Of a DNA stretch of 64,000 nt, positions 39,301 through 50,212 are shown one piece after another (positions within the stretch are counted from its first letter, which is position 1; each line of letters opens with the position of its first letter). Position numbers and translations under genes: made by a program. Source of the stretch: Acanthaster planci (taxonomy: Eukaryota); assembly GCF_001949145.1 (NCBI RefSeq), contig NW_019091362.1, positions 1,681,838 to 1,745,837 of the forward strand, given 5' to 3'. The notes beneath the pieces were generated by a model. It saw only the letters and a program-made list of their open reading frames with translations. It was not told where the DNA came from and ran no database searches.

Positions 39301-42300
39301 AAGAAAATTAAGTGCTTGAGAATCCATAACACTTTCTGTTCAAAATTTAAAAAAATTTTCGGACCATATTTTGCTCTTGAAAGGAAAGTCATTGGCTGTA
39401 AGATACTGTGCAATGTTTTGAGGAGTCTTGGTAAGCAAATGTGAAGCCATCACGTGGTTTGGTGTCTACTGGAAGAAAGGATTGCTTTTGGTTAACCCAA
39501 TGGTAACTGGCCCAGAATGGAGTGATCTTGATTTGCATGTTTGATGTCCACAGGTTGCAAGGCACCTGAGCGAAACGTACGGAGACAAGGCAGTGGAGGT
39601 GGCCAGGATGGCCAACCTGACTGGCAAGAGGTGGCCAGTGGTGGGCAAGAAACTGGCCCAGCACTTCCCCTATCTGGAAGCTGAGGTATGCATGCAAACT
39701 AAAGGTTGCTTGTGAAATCAAGGGCTTTACTGACCCTTAGATCTGGGCTTCATATCTGGCATTTGATTTATCCCCGAGGTTCGAGAATCATTGTCTTATG
39801 TTTACTGTTTGAGACAAATTACAGCGCTTTCAAAGTTTGGCCGCACATTAGACACTTTGCTGATGCAGGTAAAAAAATGATACTGAATTTACAAAAAGTA
39901 TAACCTGAAATCAGAGAAAAACAAGGATTTGGGGGAAAAATCCATGGGCTTTGTTGAGACCGGAGAAGAGTGGTTGGCCTACTCACCAGGGATGATCACA
40001 AATCTTCCAAGCCCAGAAGTTTGCTCAGTGAAGAAAATATTTGCTCAGCCAAAAGGAATTTGGCCTGTTACGTTACCATTCTTACAACTGTTCCCTACTA
40101 GTTTTGCATAGCACATTAGCTTGCTAAGCAGCAATATGTACTAGACAGCTCTTTCAAATGAGGTCTTGGAGGGACAAAGTCAGCTCACATTGCAGGTTTG
40201 ATCCTGATCGAGAAAAATACATGCTTGCCAGTTTTCAACTGAATGTGCACAAATTAGGGGAGTGTTTGCTCAGGAGAACCTCACTTAGGCATGGATGCAC
40301 AATGAATGAACCTCAGCGGTCAATATCTGCATGTGGCGATGCAGTTTCCAAGAGACCTCTCTCCTCTTACATCTCATAGCCATATTTTTTCGCCTACCAT
40401 CGGCTGGTAAACTATGGTTGGCCATCAGCGCAGAAGTGCACAATAATTCACTTAGCATGAAAAATCTCACATAGTTATCAGAATGCCGAATATCACTGCT
40501 TGATACCAACTGAAACTGTTGACCCTTTGAAAAGTACATATAATGGGGCAGATGAACATTTTGAGGCCAAACCTGACAGCAACCACGGTTGATATGTCTG
40601 GAAACTTTGGCCGCCCATATAAACAGCAGGCAATATGAGACATGAGGTCCACATCAACAACATTTTTTTCAGAGAAAACAGGTACCTCCCTCATCAGATA
40701 TGTGGGAGGCTAAACTGTCTTGAAAATGTTAGAAGGTGAACCGTAAAGAGTAGGTCATGATTGACAGTGAGAAATCTTATCCTCGAGATGGTGCTGATGG
40801 AATTCGATTCTCGTTCACAAAGTTTACAGATAAAAATAATATCTCCACACCAAGTTGATCCTCTGAATTGTGATATGGGTATTTCTCAAGAAATGTAAAT
40901 TATCATCAGAGAAGAGGTAAGTAACTTGGCTCTGTGTCATCAAGAGTGGTATTAAGTTGAAACCAGTTGAATTTGAGGTGATAAAAAGTTGTGTGGCCAG
41001 TGGCCTCAAAAAGAGGCATTAATTTACACTACAGACATGAATCTAGAAAAACTGGGGAAATTCTGCAATATAGGGAAAATTAAGAACCACTTGGAAAGTA
41101 CACTTCCGTGCCACGATGGGATAAACAGTTGATTGATGAAAAGATCTCGTTTCTGTGGCTGACAGAGGACTGTGCAGAAAAACATGTAGCTTGGCCAAAC
41201 TCAAAAACAAACATGTTTTGGTGGGGCTCTCACAATTTGATGCAATATGAGATTTTCATTTGCAGCTTGTTTTGATCCCTGCGCTGACATAAACAACGCC
41301 GACCTTTCAAGACCAGTAAATGTCATCATGTTTGTTTGAAATTTCATTTTCCCCCACCCCTCCCCCAACCCAACAGGTGGCCTATGCAGTGAAGGAGTAC
41401 GCTTGTACAGCTATCGATGTTCTTGCTCGGAGGACACGCTTGGCCTTTCTTAACGTGATGGCAGCGGAGGAGGCCTTGCCCCGCATCATTGACATTATGG
41501 CCAAGGAGTTGGGCTGGAGTAGTGCAAGGCAAAAGGTAGCTGACTCCAACGCTTCCAACCCTTAACTTCCAAAACGTCCACTGTGCAGGAAACCAATGAC
41601 CCATTCTTCGAACTTTCAAAGAGCATCGTGCTCAGTGCAGCATAATATTGGATGGGCCGTGCATCGTTCCTTCCGTAATCTTTAAAAATCACCCACAGGC
41701 ACACAGCTAACAGTCTGCCCATGTGGGCTCGGATTGTGCACAACTTCCATGGCAATTTTTAAATGCGTACCTCAGAATGAAGTAAATTTCAAATTCCAAA
41801 CCAGTGAAGTTCTTGCCGTGCACTCACAAAATCTATTAATCGATTATTTTTGCTCAACTGTCTAGTTAAATTGTCAAGTAGCTCTCACCAGGCAGATGGA
41901 AGGTGGGTAATGGTTAGTTGAAAATACTGAAGTCATTCTTCTGACCTACCTGCAGGAATACAGTTGAACTGCATCAGGCATGAGATATTGCAGACTTTTG
42001 TCTGAATTCAAACATTTTGTATCTGATAAAAAGCTTTATCAGTATAGGAAGAAATGCATCTCACAGAAATTTGTGTATACAGTTTTAAGTATTTTTCAAA
42101 ACTAACAATCTCATCCCTGCTGCATGTACTTGAACTCTTTTTTTTCATCTACCGAAGTGGAGTATTCAGCAAAACTCATGAGAACGTCCCACGAGACAGG
42201 ACTCAGAAATCCCAATTGCCCATTCCCTTGCAGCTGGAACTCGAGAAAGCCACAAGGTTCCTGAACGTGGAGATGGGTTACAACTGTCACTCCTCCCTCC

Positions 42301-44229
42301 TGAAAGTCCCCATTCAGTTCAGCAATGAGGAGATTGCTAAGTACACCAAGCGATTCCATCTCTTGGACAAGGACAGCAAGGGGTACATCACGCCCATCGA
42401 CATGCGCAACTTCCTGTCTGTAAGTCAAGGTCACACCACACCGAATAAGTGCCCTCCCCCAAAAAACAGCATAAAGTCGGTGAGAAATAGTGCCATCTAC
42501 TGACACCCAGGAAGAGGGCGACTGCTTGTTTCACTGCAACTCAACATTATGACTGCTAGGGCAGCCCCCCCCCCATTTTTATTATCCTCCCAAACTATCC
42601 CTAAAAAGTAGTCAAACCCCGCACAAGTTTGAATGAAGCCCCCCATCTCTATATGCAATATAGGCCCATGAGTTGGAGATTTTTGTGAATGAAATACCCC
42701 GAGTTGGACGCCACAAATCCCAAATGCTTGACTTTTAGAAAACTTATAGAAAAAGTGCTACAATTGGTCCTGATTATGGTACCTCTGATTGGTAACTAAC
42801 CCATGGGATCACAAACTATGAGAAGGCTTTCATACAGGAATTTACCATTTAGTGGAACGCACCCTTGAGTCTTTCATAAGACCTAGCTGGAAGTCAGTAG
42901 GGCTATTATGGAGTTGCAGGCCCTTCACAGTGCAAATCCAAAGGAACTGGCGGTTTCTTTTAACTCTCAGAAATGTCCGTCTTCGTTTGGATATGTAAAA
43001 ACAAAGAGGTCAGATTGTTCTTCCTAATGCAAATGAGGAGCAAAGTGAAAGGTGTGAGATCCGGTGATGTGTGCCCTTATCAGAAAGCAAAGGAGGAGTT
43101 TCCTCTACACATCAAACACCGTTTTATCGTGAAGTTGTGATAAACCTATGTGAAGTAGTCTTTTCCTTTGGCACAAAGTACATAACATTGATATTAGTTA
43201 TGGTAGCTTGGAAGCACGGTGAACAGTAATGCATTCCATAGCATTCCTTTGGTAGCAGTTTTCAAAATGGCCGTTGACTATCATAGAGCATATGTCAACA
43301 TCATAATTTCCTTCCATATCTTGTTGTGGCTTTTGAGCAAACAGATCCATTTTGTATCATGTGAGGATTCAGCTTTTGTTAGTACATGACCCTCTTTGGC
43401 AGTGCATGGCTGTTTCATGAATATGCACGAAGTAGCACTTTGAATATTTATTATTTTATGCTTCATTCCCAATTCGCTTGTAATTACCTTTGTACGTGCC
43501 TAGTGACCAATCTCTTAGTTTCTGTTTCGTCCTGGATAAAATGCAGAGTGTTGGTGAAACAATAACTGAAGACCAGCTGCGCGACATGCTGCAAGAAGTA
43601 GATTGCAATAAGAATGGACGTGTTGAACTGGATGAGTTCCTACAGGTTAGCACTGAGGCAGATTATTGCTCATAGGCTTGAGCTGTTTGAGCTGTTTGGA
43701 ATTTTTAAAAACTTTTTTTAAAATTTCATCTGTTTTGACTAATTACAATTCAAAAGCAAAACTGATAGCCATAAAGAAAAAAGGGTTTTAGAGACTTATA
43801 TAGAAAGCCAAAGTGAGAAATTTCAATAGTTTCAAAGGCCTCGTGAGGTTGAATTTGACTCAAATGTTTGACACTAACTCAGTGGTTTTGTCCAATTTAA
43901 CCTATCTTCGCTGAGTTCACTGACACAACATAGCATACATAAAAATCCTTAACTAATTGTCGATCCGCCATGCAAACCTTCAAGCGCTACCTAACACAGC
44001 CCTTAACAACATAGATAGACATGAACACTAAGAATGTCAACCTCGTTATAGAGATTGCTTTCCAGGCTGTAACACCACTGATTTATTTTTTGTAATCCCT
44101 TTGTGATCTTACCCACAGCTCATGAGTGCCATCAAGACAGGTGCCATGGCCAACGTTCGCCTGGAGATTGCCCTGAACATGGGAGCCCGCAAAGTGATCT
44201 CGACAGATCGCAGTGGCGGGGGTGTGTAA
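27189..44229 (+). CDS. GPD2: Mitochondrial FAD-dependent glycerol-3-phosphate dehydrogenase, complete spliced gene (14 coding exons, 2175 nt, 724 aa)
   Basis: Exons join in frame at GT/AG sites: 27189-27302, 28594-28765, 32147-32369, 33256-33419, 33969-34130, 34921-35065, 35512-35705, 37670-37804, 38299-38477, 39554-39685, 41377-41535, 42234-42419, 43547-43645, 44119-44229. Motifs: FAD-binding [51 protein letters not shown], EF-hand loops, C-terminal DRSGGGV*. Confidence 0.97.
28438..28514. repeat. 15-bp minisatellite, ~5 copies
   Basis: Unit (a/g)c(g/a)tgacctacatgt, just upstream of GPD2 exon 2. Confidence 0.9.
28594..28765 (+). CDS. GPD2: GPD2 coding exon 2 (FAD-binding GxGxxG)
   Basis: NRQAHVVAAELR...[24 protein letters not shown]; cag acceptor, gtgggt donor, phase 1. 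Confidence 0.93.
29604..29739. mobile_element. ~135-bp MITE with CRE-containing TIR; truncated relative at 8707-8825
   Basis: TIRs atagacctctgtactgatgacg / cgtcatcagtgcagaggcttat. The copy at 8707 begins ataggcctttgtactgatgatg and ends gtgacgtcat. Confidence 0.65.
32147..32369 (+). CDS. GPD2: GPD2 coding exon 3
   Basis: [34 protein letters not shown]...PIMLPVYK; ccag / gtgagt. Confidence 0.96.
33256..33419 (+). CDS. GPD2: GPD2 coding exon 4
   Basis: WWQLPYFWAGIKMYDLVAG...GGIVYYDG; aag acceptor, gtaatg donor. Confidence 0.95.
33969..34130 (+). CDS. GPD2: GPD2 coding exon 5
   Basis: QHNDARMNIAIALTAARMGATVANH...RDKMTG; tag / gtgggt. Confidence 0.95.
34318..34660 (+). mobile_element. tRNA-derived SINE with central core and L2-like 3' tail (GPD2 intron 5)
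   Basis: A-box-like TGGCCTTGTGG (34322), B-box GTTCAAATC (34365), core gtatccctgcgcaaggcgcttt...cccacgcaggagtaattgg, tail aggcgctttga...aaagtgctataaaaaa followed by (gttat)-like repeats. Confidence 0.7.
34921..35065 (+). CDS. GPD2: GPD2 coding exon 6
   Basis: KEYSVLAKSVINATGPFTDSVRKMAEPEATTICAPSSGIHIVLPGYYS; cag / gtaggt. Not in the ORF track in this frame. Confidence 0.95.
35512..35705 (+). CDS. GPD2: GPD2 coding exon 7
   Basis: PEAMGLLDPATSDGRVIFFLPWQNFTIAGTTD...YLSPEVA; cag / gtgcgt. Confidence 0.95.
37670..37804 (+). CDS. GPD2: GPD2 coding exon 8
   Basis: [45 protein letters not shown]; long pyrimidine tract + cag / gtaggc. Confidence 0.95.
38299..38477 (+). CDS. GPD2: GPD2 coding exon 9
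   Basis: [24 protein letters not shown]...RLIQDFGLDDE; cag / gtgcac. Confidence 0.94.
38930..39085 (-). repeat. Interspersed repeat end (TTAA-CCACTT terminus), homologous to 44583-44740 in opposite orientation
   Basis: Reverse complement ttaaccacttcgtgccggggtgcccg...gacaaagga...tgtaacaaaa...ggctgctgggaattgccaacatttttt aligns with 44583-44740. Confidence 0.7.
39554..39685 (+). CDS. GPD2: GPD2 coding exon 10
   Basis: VARHLSETYGDKAVEVARMANLTGKRWPVVGKKLAQHFPYLEAE; cag / gtatgc. Confidence 0.95.
41377..41535 (+). CDS. GPD2: GPD2 coding exon 11
   Basis: VAYAVKEYACTAIDVLARRTRLAFLNV...ELGWSSARQK; cag / gtagct. Confidence 0.95.
42234..42419 (+). CDS. GPD2: GPD2 coding exon 12 (EF-hand 1)
   Basis: LELEKATRFLNVEMG...RFHLLDKDSKGYITPIDMRNFLS; cag / gtaagt. 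Confidence 0.94.
43547..43645 (+). CDS. GPD2: GPD2 coding exon 13 (EF-hand 2)
   Basis: SVGETITEDQLRDMLQEVDCNKNGRVELDEFLQ; cag / gttagc. Confidence 0.94.
44119..44229 (+). CDS. GPD2: GPD2 terminal coding exon 14
   Basis: LMSAIKTGAMANVRLEIALNMGARKVISTDRSGGGV then TAA at 44227-44229. Confidence 0.95.
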   Translation, partial: LMSAIKTGAMANVRLEIALNMGARKVISTDRSGGGV

Positions 44230-44507
44230 ACACTACTGAGATTCTGTATTTCAAGCGTCAATTGGTACATGGTTTATCTGCAGCATCTCTGTGCCTGGAT
44301 ATTTCTGTCTGAATGTTTTCCAAGCTAGAGCTGGCTTTGTATCATTTAGTCATATCTCCTCATTCTTTCCTTTCCACAAGATAGGTATTACGTAGGGGTA
44401 GGTATCAATGACTGCCTTGTCCAGTATCTAACTACGATAACTACTGGGTTGTTAAAATTGAATTCGGTGACTGTAACTATAAACCCCTCCCTTTTGATGT
44501 CACGGTC

Positions 44508-44930
44508 ATGTTTTTGCCCACCAGTGGCTGGTAAACTATGGCCAGCGGTCAGTTCAAATGTAGAAGTTTAATTCACAAACTGTTAACCACTTCCTGCCGG
44601 GGACTCCGTGATCAGAGGCGTATGGTTTATATGGGTGGCCGGGGTCTCCGAACTCAGACAAAGGAAACAGGGCCCTGTAACAAAAGACCGTACTCCTTAC
44701 AAAAGACCAGGCTGCTGGGCATTACCGGCATTTTTCACTATTTACCTTTTAAGAGGTAACAATTTGAGAGCAACGGTGATACGCACATTNAGCTTTTTAC
44801 TGAATACTAAATAAATGCTCAAGCCTCATGAAAGTAAAGAGACAGATGTTCATTTTGAGGCAACACCTGTCAGGAACAAAGGGTGATATTTCTGTAAACT
44901 TTGGCTGTCCAGATGAGTAGTAGGCAGTAT
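44508..44930 (+). repeat. Nested repeats: TTAA-CCACTT element inside a second family also seen at 40383-40640
   Basis: ggctggtaaactatgg (44526 and 40403) and cattttgaggc..acctg.cag.aac...aaactttggc (44851 and 40557) flank the 44583 insertion. Confidence 0.6.
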
Positions 44931-45125
44931 GAGTATGGTCAGTCATTGGACCAGTCAGTGGATGGTCGCTGTTTCGATGAACCATAACGGAAACAGGCCA
45001 TTGGTTACGGTCCCATCACCGGTTGTCAGTAGCCTCGAGTACAAGGGAGCCATTGACATGAAAATAACAGACCTCTTTCACAGGGGAAGCCATTCTTGGT
45101 CGGTGGAGGTAGCAAGTAAACTAGA

Positions 45126-45304
45126 TAGGTTTGTGGTAGCACCATGGATATATCTCTTTTTGAGTATGTGGGGTTCTGAAAAGAACCGATGGTACTCAAC
45201 GTTTCGGACAGTATGCTCTGTCCGAAATCAGTCTCCTTTTCAGTCCCTTTTCAGAACCCGTCATACTCAAAAAGAGATATATTCATGGTGCTACTGCAAA
45301 CCTA
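45126..45304. mobile_element. Shorter copy of the same inverted-repeat family (GPD2 3' region)
   Basis: TIRs taggtttgtggtagcaccatggatatatctctttttgagtatg / catactcaaaaagagatatattcatggtgctactgcaaaccta. Shares ggttctgaaaagaaccg...tactcaacgttt with the 48.3 kb copy. Confidence 0.75.
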
Positions 45305-48300
45305 CATGTATCTAGTTTACTCATTTTTGATCATGTCCCAAGAATCTATCTCACTCAATGTAATCTGTTACATGGGGGTAGTGCCAAACTAGTTTGGATT
45401 CTATGCTTCGTTTTTCCTTTTTTTGATAAATATTGAGGACATGTTTAGATATAACAGATCGCAAATTTCAAATTACTCATCAGCATAAATGACATTTATT
45501 TGTAAAAAACTTTGTTTCATTGTTTTCATTTTTTTCTTAAGTTTCCAATATGAAAAGTGAGCCGCAGTTTTAATTCAAACATGGCTGACTTGTGTTTAAG
45601 GCCGATTGTATGACATGGGACAGACTATGAATGCAAGAGGGATGTATCAACAGCAAAGTGTGATTGACGCCAGCATTTTACAAAATAGGCTGACTTTGGT
45701 CATTTGAATTAGGCTGTGTTGCATGCTAGCATTGGTAAGAAACACTTGACCAGTTCTAAAACTATAGTCCACACCCAAACCTTTCCTTAGATTACTTGAA
45801 ATAATATCAGACATTACGTTAACCCTAACCCTAAGGGTGTATGTAAAATCGTACTGAAATTAGAGGATCTGGGATTAGTTAGGGTTGATTATCATTGTCA
45901 GCGTAGACACCGTAGAGGTCACACTTTTCACAATGTGTTGCCATTTGGAATGGTCTTTGCACAAGGTTGCTTGCTTGGACCTAGGAAATGACCAGTGACT
46001 TATTAAAAGTCGTGGGCTCTGCACTCAGACCACCTGCTATTACAGAAGTAGTCTTCCCGTTTGACATTGCAGTAGTTGACCTTAGATTGGGATCACTAAG
46101 AATTTACCTTTTAAGAGGTAACAATTTGAGAGCAACAGTGATACGCACAGTNACAGGAACATGCAATAAACTTTTACAACTGGTTTTTTTTTTCTGTGAG
46201 CGAAGTGCTCATGTTAAAGTAACAAAATGTACAGCTTTCACTTTAAGTATGAGGGCTTTGGTAGTGTCATATACACGTACTGTCTTATAAAATCTATCAA
46301 TGGAATGTTTCAGATTTGCCGTGATTGTTAATTCTAACAAAGCTGTTATAAAGTTACTAACAAAAATCTTATCCAATCCTCAGGCCAGTAATAAAGTAGT
46401 GCTTTCGAATAGGTTTATGTACTCTCTTGTATTGGTTGCAGAACAAGCACGTTCTGTGTGCACCATCTCTACACTATAGTTACTGCTTGTGTCGGTTTTT
46501 ATCAAGACTAAGAAGTTGGAGAAGAGGAATATGTTGCTGAATTCACAGCGTTGCAGCAATGCCCAACAATAACTTGAAAAGTCTCAGTTGCCATTTTTTG
46601 GTGATTCTTGAGCAAATAGAAAGATTATTTAATCTATTTTTACAGCTGTATTGTATGAGTATGGGGATGTTTTTTTTTTAACATAGTCGGAGTACAAAGT
46701 TAAGATCTTATTTATACATGACTAGACTATTAATGTATATGTTGTTGCATGTATGCCTCTGCTGTGTCTGCTGAATTGTCAAAAATTCACCGCAGAAGTT
46801 GAGTTTGGAGTTACGTGGACGAATTGGGCCATTTGCATGTATACAAAATCATCTTGATATTGCTGTCGCACACCTAAGAGTTTGAGCATGAATCGCTCTG
46901 ACAGTGCCAATATGCAGCAACCCAAATGTGGATGTGTCCAAATCAACTGGCTATGGCTGGCAATACCAGCCACTGGCAAATGGCTACAGCCATGTCCTAG
47001 CCATAGCCGGTTGATTCTAACCTGACCTTTAGCAGTGTTGGCCATCTGTGAAATATGCCTTGGTCAAACAAGACATAACTGACTGAAGTGTGATGTAGAC
47101 CCTTGACTACTGAAATACTAGCCTCCTTTTTTGGCAAATTTGCCGTTATTTTGTTCTTTGGACACTATTTTTTTGTTTAAACCTATAAATAACTTATCAG
47201 GGACAAACTCGGACATCACACTTTCAAGTCTGAGCGTCAGTGAGTGCTGGTTTTAAAGGCTACATCATATGCATCTCATTAGTGTATATAGATTTTGCAT
47301 TGTTTTTAATGGATGATTGCAGTTTTGAAATTAAATATCATGGTGTTCTAAACTTGGGTTGAAGTCAACCTAATCAGTGGGGGTGTTTTATGGGGGGGGG
47401 GGAGTTGCCACATTGTTTTCTTATTTTTCATCACAGAAATCCCCAAACCAGAATGTTTGTATTGATTTGATATTGGCTGACAGTACAGCTTGCAACAATT
47501 AACAATGGGAAGCAATTGTGATGATCAAGTGAAATATGTTCGCCATAAATAGCACTTCTGTGTTCTCGTTTACTTTCTTCATTACGAACAGAAAACAGTT
47601 GGGATCTGTAGCAAGATTTGAGGGCGGGGCCTAATGGGGAGGGCAAGATGGGAGAACACACTTGTAGACAACTACGTGGAGTTCTATTTTTATCACAAGT
47701 GTTAGAAAGATTAAACGTTATGTATTTCAGTGGATATACATATATGCCAAATGCATAATCATTAGTTAGAATTAAGAAATTGTTAACAGTAAGTTTGCTT
47801 ACTTTGTGAATCTCCTCAAGAATATTTGCGAAATTTCAGTTAAGTCATTTACTGAAAAGAGTACTTTTCTTTATTTACCCTTTAGACAGTATTGAAGAAG
47901 ACGCACAACCTATGAATGAAATTTGGATGGATTTCCTGTGCTTTTGGTTTAGTTTGTACAAAGCTTGCACATTTTGTCCTATTTTCTTTTCAATTACTGT
48001 AACACCCTCATTAAATTCACTTGCACGTACTAATTCCACGGTAGATTTGTGTGCTGGAGGTCATTTTAAGCAGTCTGAGACAGCACACTCAATCTGCCAT
48101 TTATCCGTTGCTATTGATTTGCCTATTTGTACGTCAACCTCCACATTTAGCATGTTTCAAAGTACGTAAATGTTGTAAATCTTTCTACACCAATAACCAC
48201 CCCACCTGTTTTTTCATCAGAACCACAGCTTTCAAATGTTTCGCCGTTTGCCCTTTTTATGTGGTAAGGACTTGGTACTGAATTTGAGAAAGCTACTCCA

Positions 48301-48320
48301 ATTCCTTGCTTCCTGAACTT

Positions 48321-48677
48321 GCGAAGGAATATATCTCCCTTATGAGTATGTATGGTTCTGAAAAGAACCGGGAGTATACTCAACGTTTGGGTCTCCTATA
48401 CCCTCAGCCCTCACCCGGAGCCTACCTATTCCCAACTGACACGCCTCACTGACCTGCAGGACCCTGTCCCGCATGAGCGCCCATAACCAGCATCCTCGTC
48501 ACACCCCGCTGCATCCAGCCACCTTATATATACAGCCCCATCTTCAGCATCTCTTTAGTCTCCTGACGACAGACTGAGCACGCAGTCTGAAACGTTTAGT
48601 ATACTCCCGGTTCTTTTCAGAACCACACATACTCATTATCGAGATGTATTCCTTCGCATGGTGCTACCGCAAGCCTT
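48321..48677. mobile_element. Inverted-repeat element, probably Penelope pLTR-derived, with TATA-like box and hammerhead motif
   Basis: Arms of about 68 bp (48321-48388 vs 48590-48658) match as reverse complements. The interior is C-rich with cttatatata at ~48523 and CTGACGA-stem-GAAAC at 48563-48593. Confidence 0.7.
48556..48600 (+). ncRNA. Putative minimal type I hammerhead ribozyme motif (degenerate stem I)
   Basis: CTGACGA (48563-69), extra C, stem II agactg/cagtct with loop agcacg, then GAAA and the palindromic ACGT followed by T (GUU triplet). Confidence 0.5.
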
Positions 48678-49648
48678 TCCACCTGTTATATGTAATCTGT
48701 TCTGAAATGAATCCAAGTACATGTGGTTTCACTAACAGGGCTTAACAGGCTGAAAAAGGGATGTACATGTATCTGTGCAGTTGTTTACAAGATGCGAGTT
48801 TGCACACTAGCATGTAATGTAAAGATAACCATTGGATTTTGTGAACATGTTTTTTACTCGATGCACAACAGGAATGCTCGTTCCCTATAGGGGTTCTGCA
48901 TAGCAGCCATTTTTCTGGTTAGAGCTTTTGCTCCACAGGGATACACATGAGGAGACCTTTTGCACTTTCCCGCCTAACACAAGCAGTTTCCGGAAAGATG
49001 GCCGCCGTGCAAAACCTCTGTAGCATGTCGCGCTATACATAAATGGGTGCCCTTTTTGTACTGTTTTTAAATCTGCAACAGGTACGTCATATGGCTGTAA
49101 TTTCTTGAGCAGTTTTGCCTCATGCATCAGTCACTCTTATAGAATGTAACTGTAGATGTAGATATGTGCACATTTTACAAACAGTAACACCAATTTCCAG
49201 TTTAACAATTCAACTTATTTTATTAAAATCTACTGAAGCACAGGTACATTAGTACGGGTTGGAATGAAATGTTATTGGTGACATTCCAAGATAAATGAAC
49301 ATGGTTTAACTCCCAAGGTATTGTCAGTGTTTGTGTACATGGATCTTTCCTGATGATAGTATTGTGCAGTGTTTTCATTCGTAAATCTTCCTCCTAAATG
49401 AAAATAGAGATGAAATAAATCCAGAATTCACCGACAGGAAAACAGTGTGATCCTCCGAGTAATGAAGTAAAACTTGAGTTGAAAATGATGTCAATTCCAA
49501 GCAGTATTTCCTATCTGCAACACTGTCGGGTCACAGTTTCCTTTTACTACTGATTTTTCTCATATTATAACCATTGATTAACAGTGCATCCCCAGATCAG
49601 TAGACTTTCGTTCCTTGTGTACAGTTCAGGGAGGAGATGTTGACAAAA

Positions 49649-50212
49649 TTTGTCACCGTTTTTATGAAGAGACCGAGTCGCCTAAAATTAGGATTTTTTT
49701 TTCAAATATTTGCAAAATTAACTAGGCTATGCGATGCCTACAACTTGGTGTAATCATTTTTCTTACCACATCAACAACTAGTGAGCAAAATCGTGATGAT
49801 CTCCACAGGGCAAAGTTCAACTACACTGCATTTTTTTGTTTCGATGAAGAGACATAGTTTTCTTCCACAGGCATTGCATTAGCAATAAAGGGATAAAAGC
49901 ACAGGCAATATTCATTTATAAAACGTTTTCACGCCTTCATGAAGAGACAAAGTTGACTCCAGAAATGTATACAAATGTTATAATTTTGCACCTGGCATGC
50001 ACTATGCATGTTGAAAGTGTGTTCTGTGCGTGCCATTTTCATGAAAGGACAAAAATCACACAAATGTTAGCATTTTCACAAACAAAAGTATTTGTTTACA
50101 AAATGAACCACTTTGTTGGACTTCTTTAAATATTATTTTGTAGTTTTGTGTCATTTAAGATCCCTTTTTTTTCAGCAAGAGACTTTTGTGTGTTCGTGAA
50201 AATGATGACAAA
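49649..50212. mobile_element. ~560-bp MITE-like element downstream of SEC61B
   Basis: Imperfect TIRs tttgtcaccgtttttatgaa / ttcgtgaaaatgatgacaaa; internal subrepeats tgaagagac. Confidence 0.5.

Noticed and set aside
32554..40720. Other CTGANGA...GAAA matches (e.g. 32554 plus strand, ~40697 minus strand) as hammerheads
   Set aside because: No adequate stem II pairing.
32020..42506. Antisense ORFs over GPD2 exons (e.g. 32020-32298, 35431-35679, 42111-42506)
   Set aside because: Shadow ORFs caused by codon bias of the real exons.
45819..45890. Telomeric (TTAGGG/CCCTAA) tract
   Set aside because: Only two or three units; too short for an interstitial telomere.
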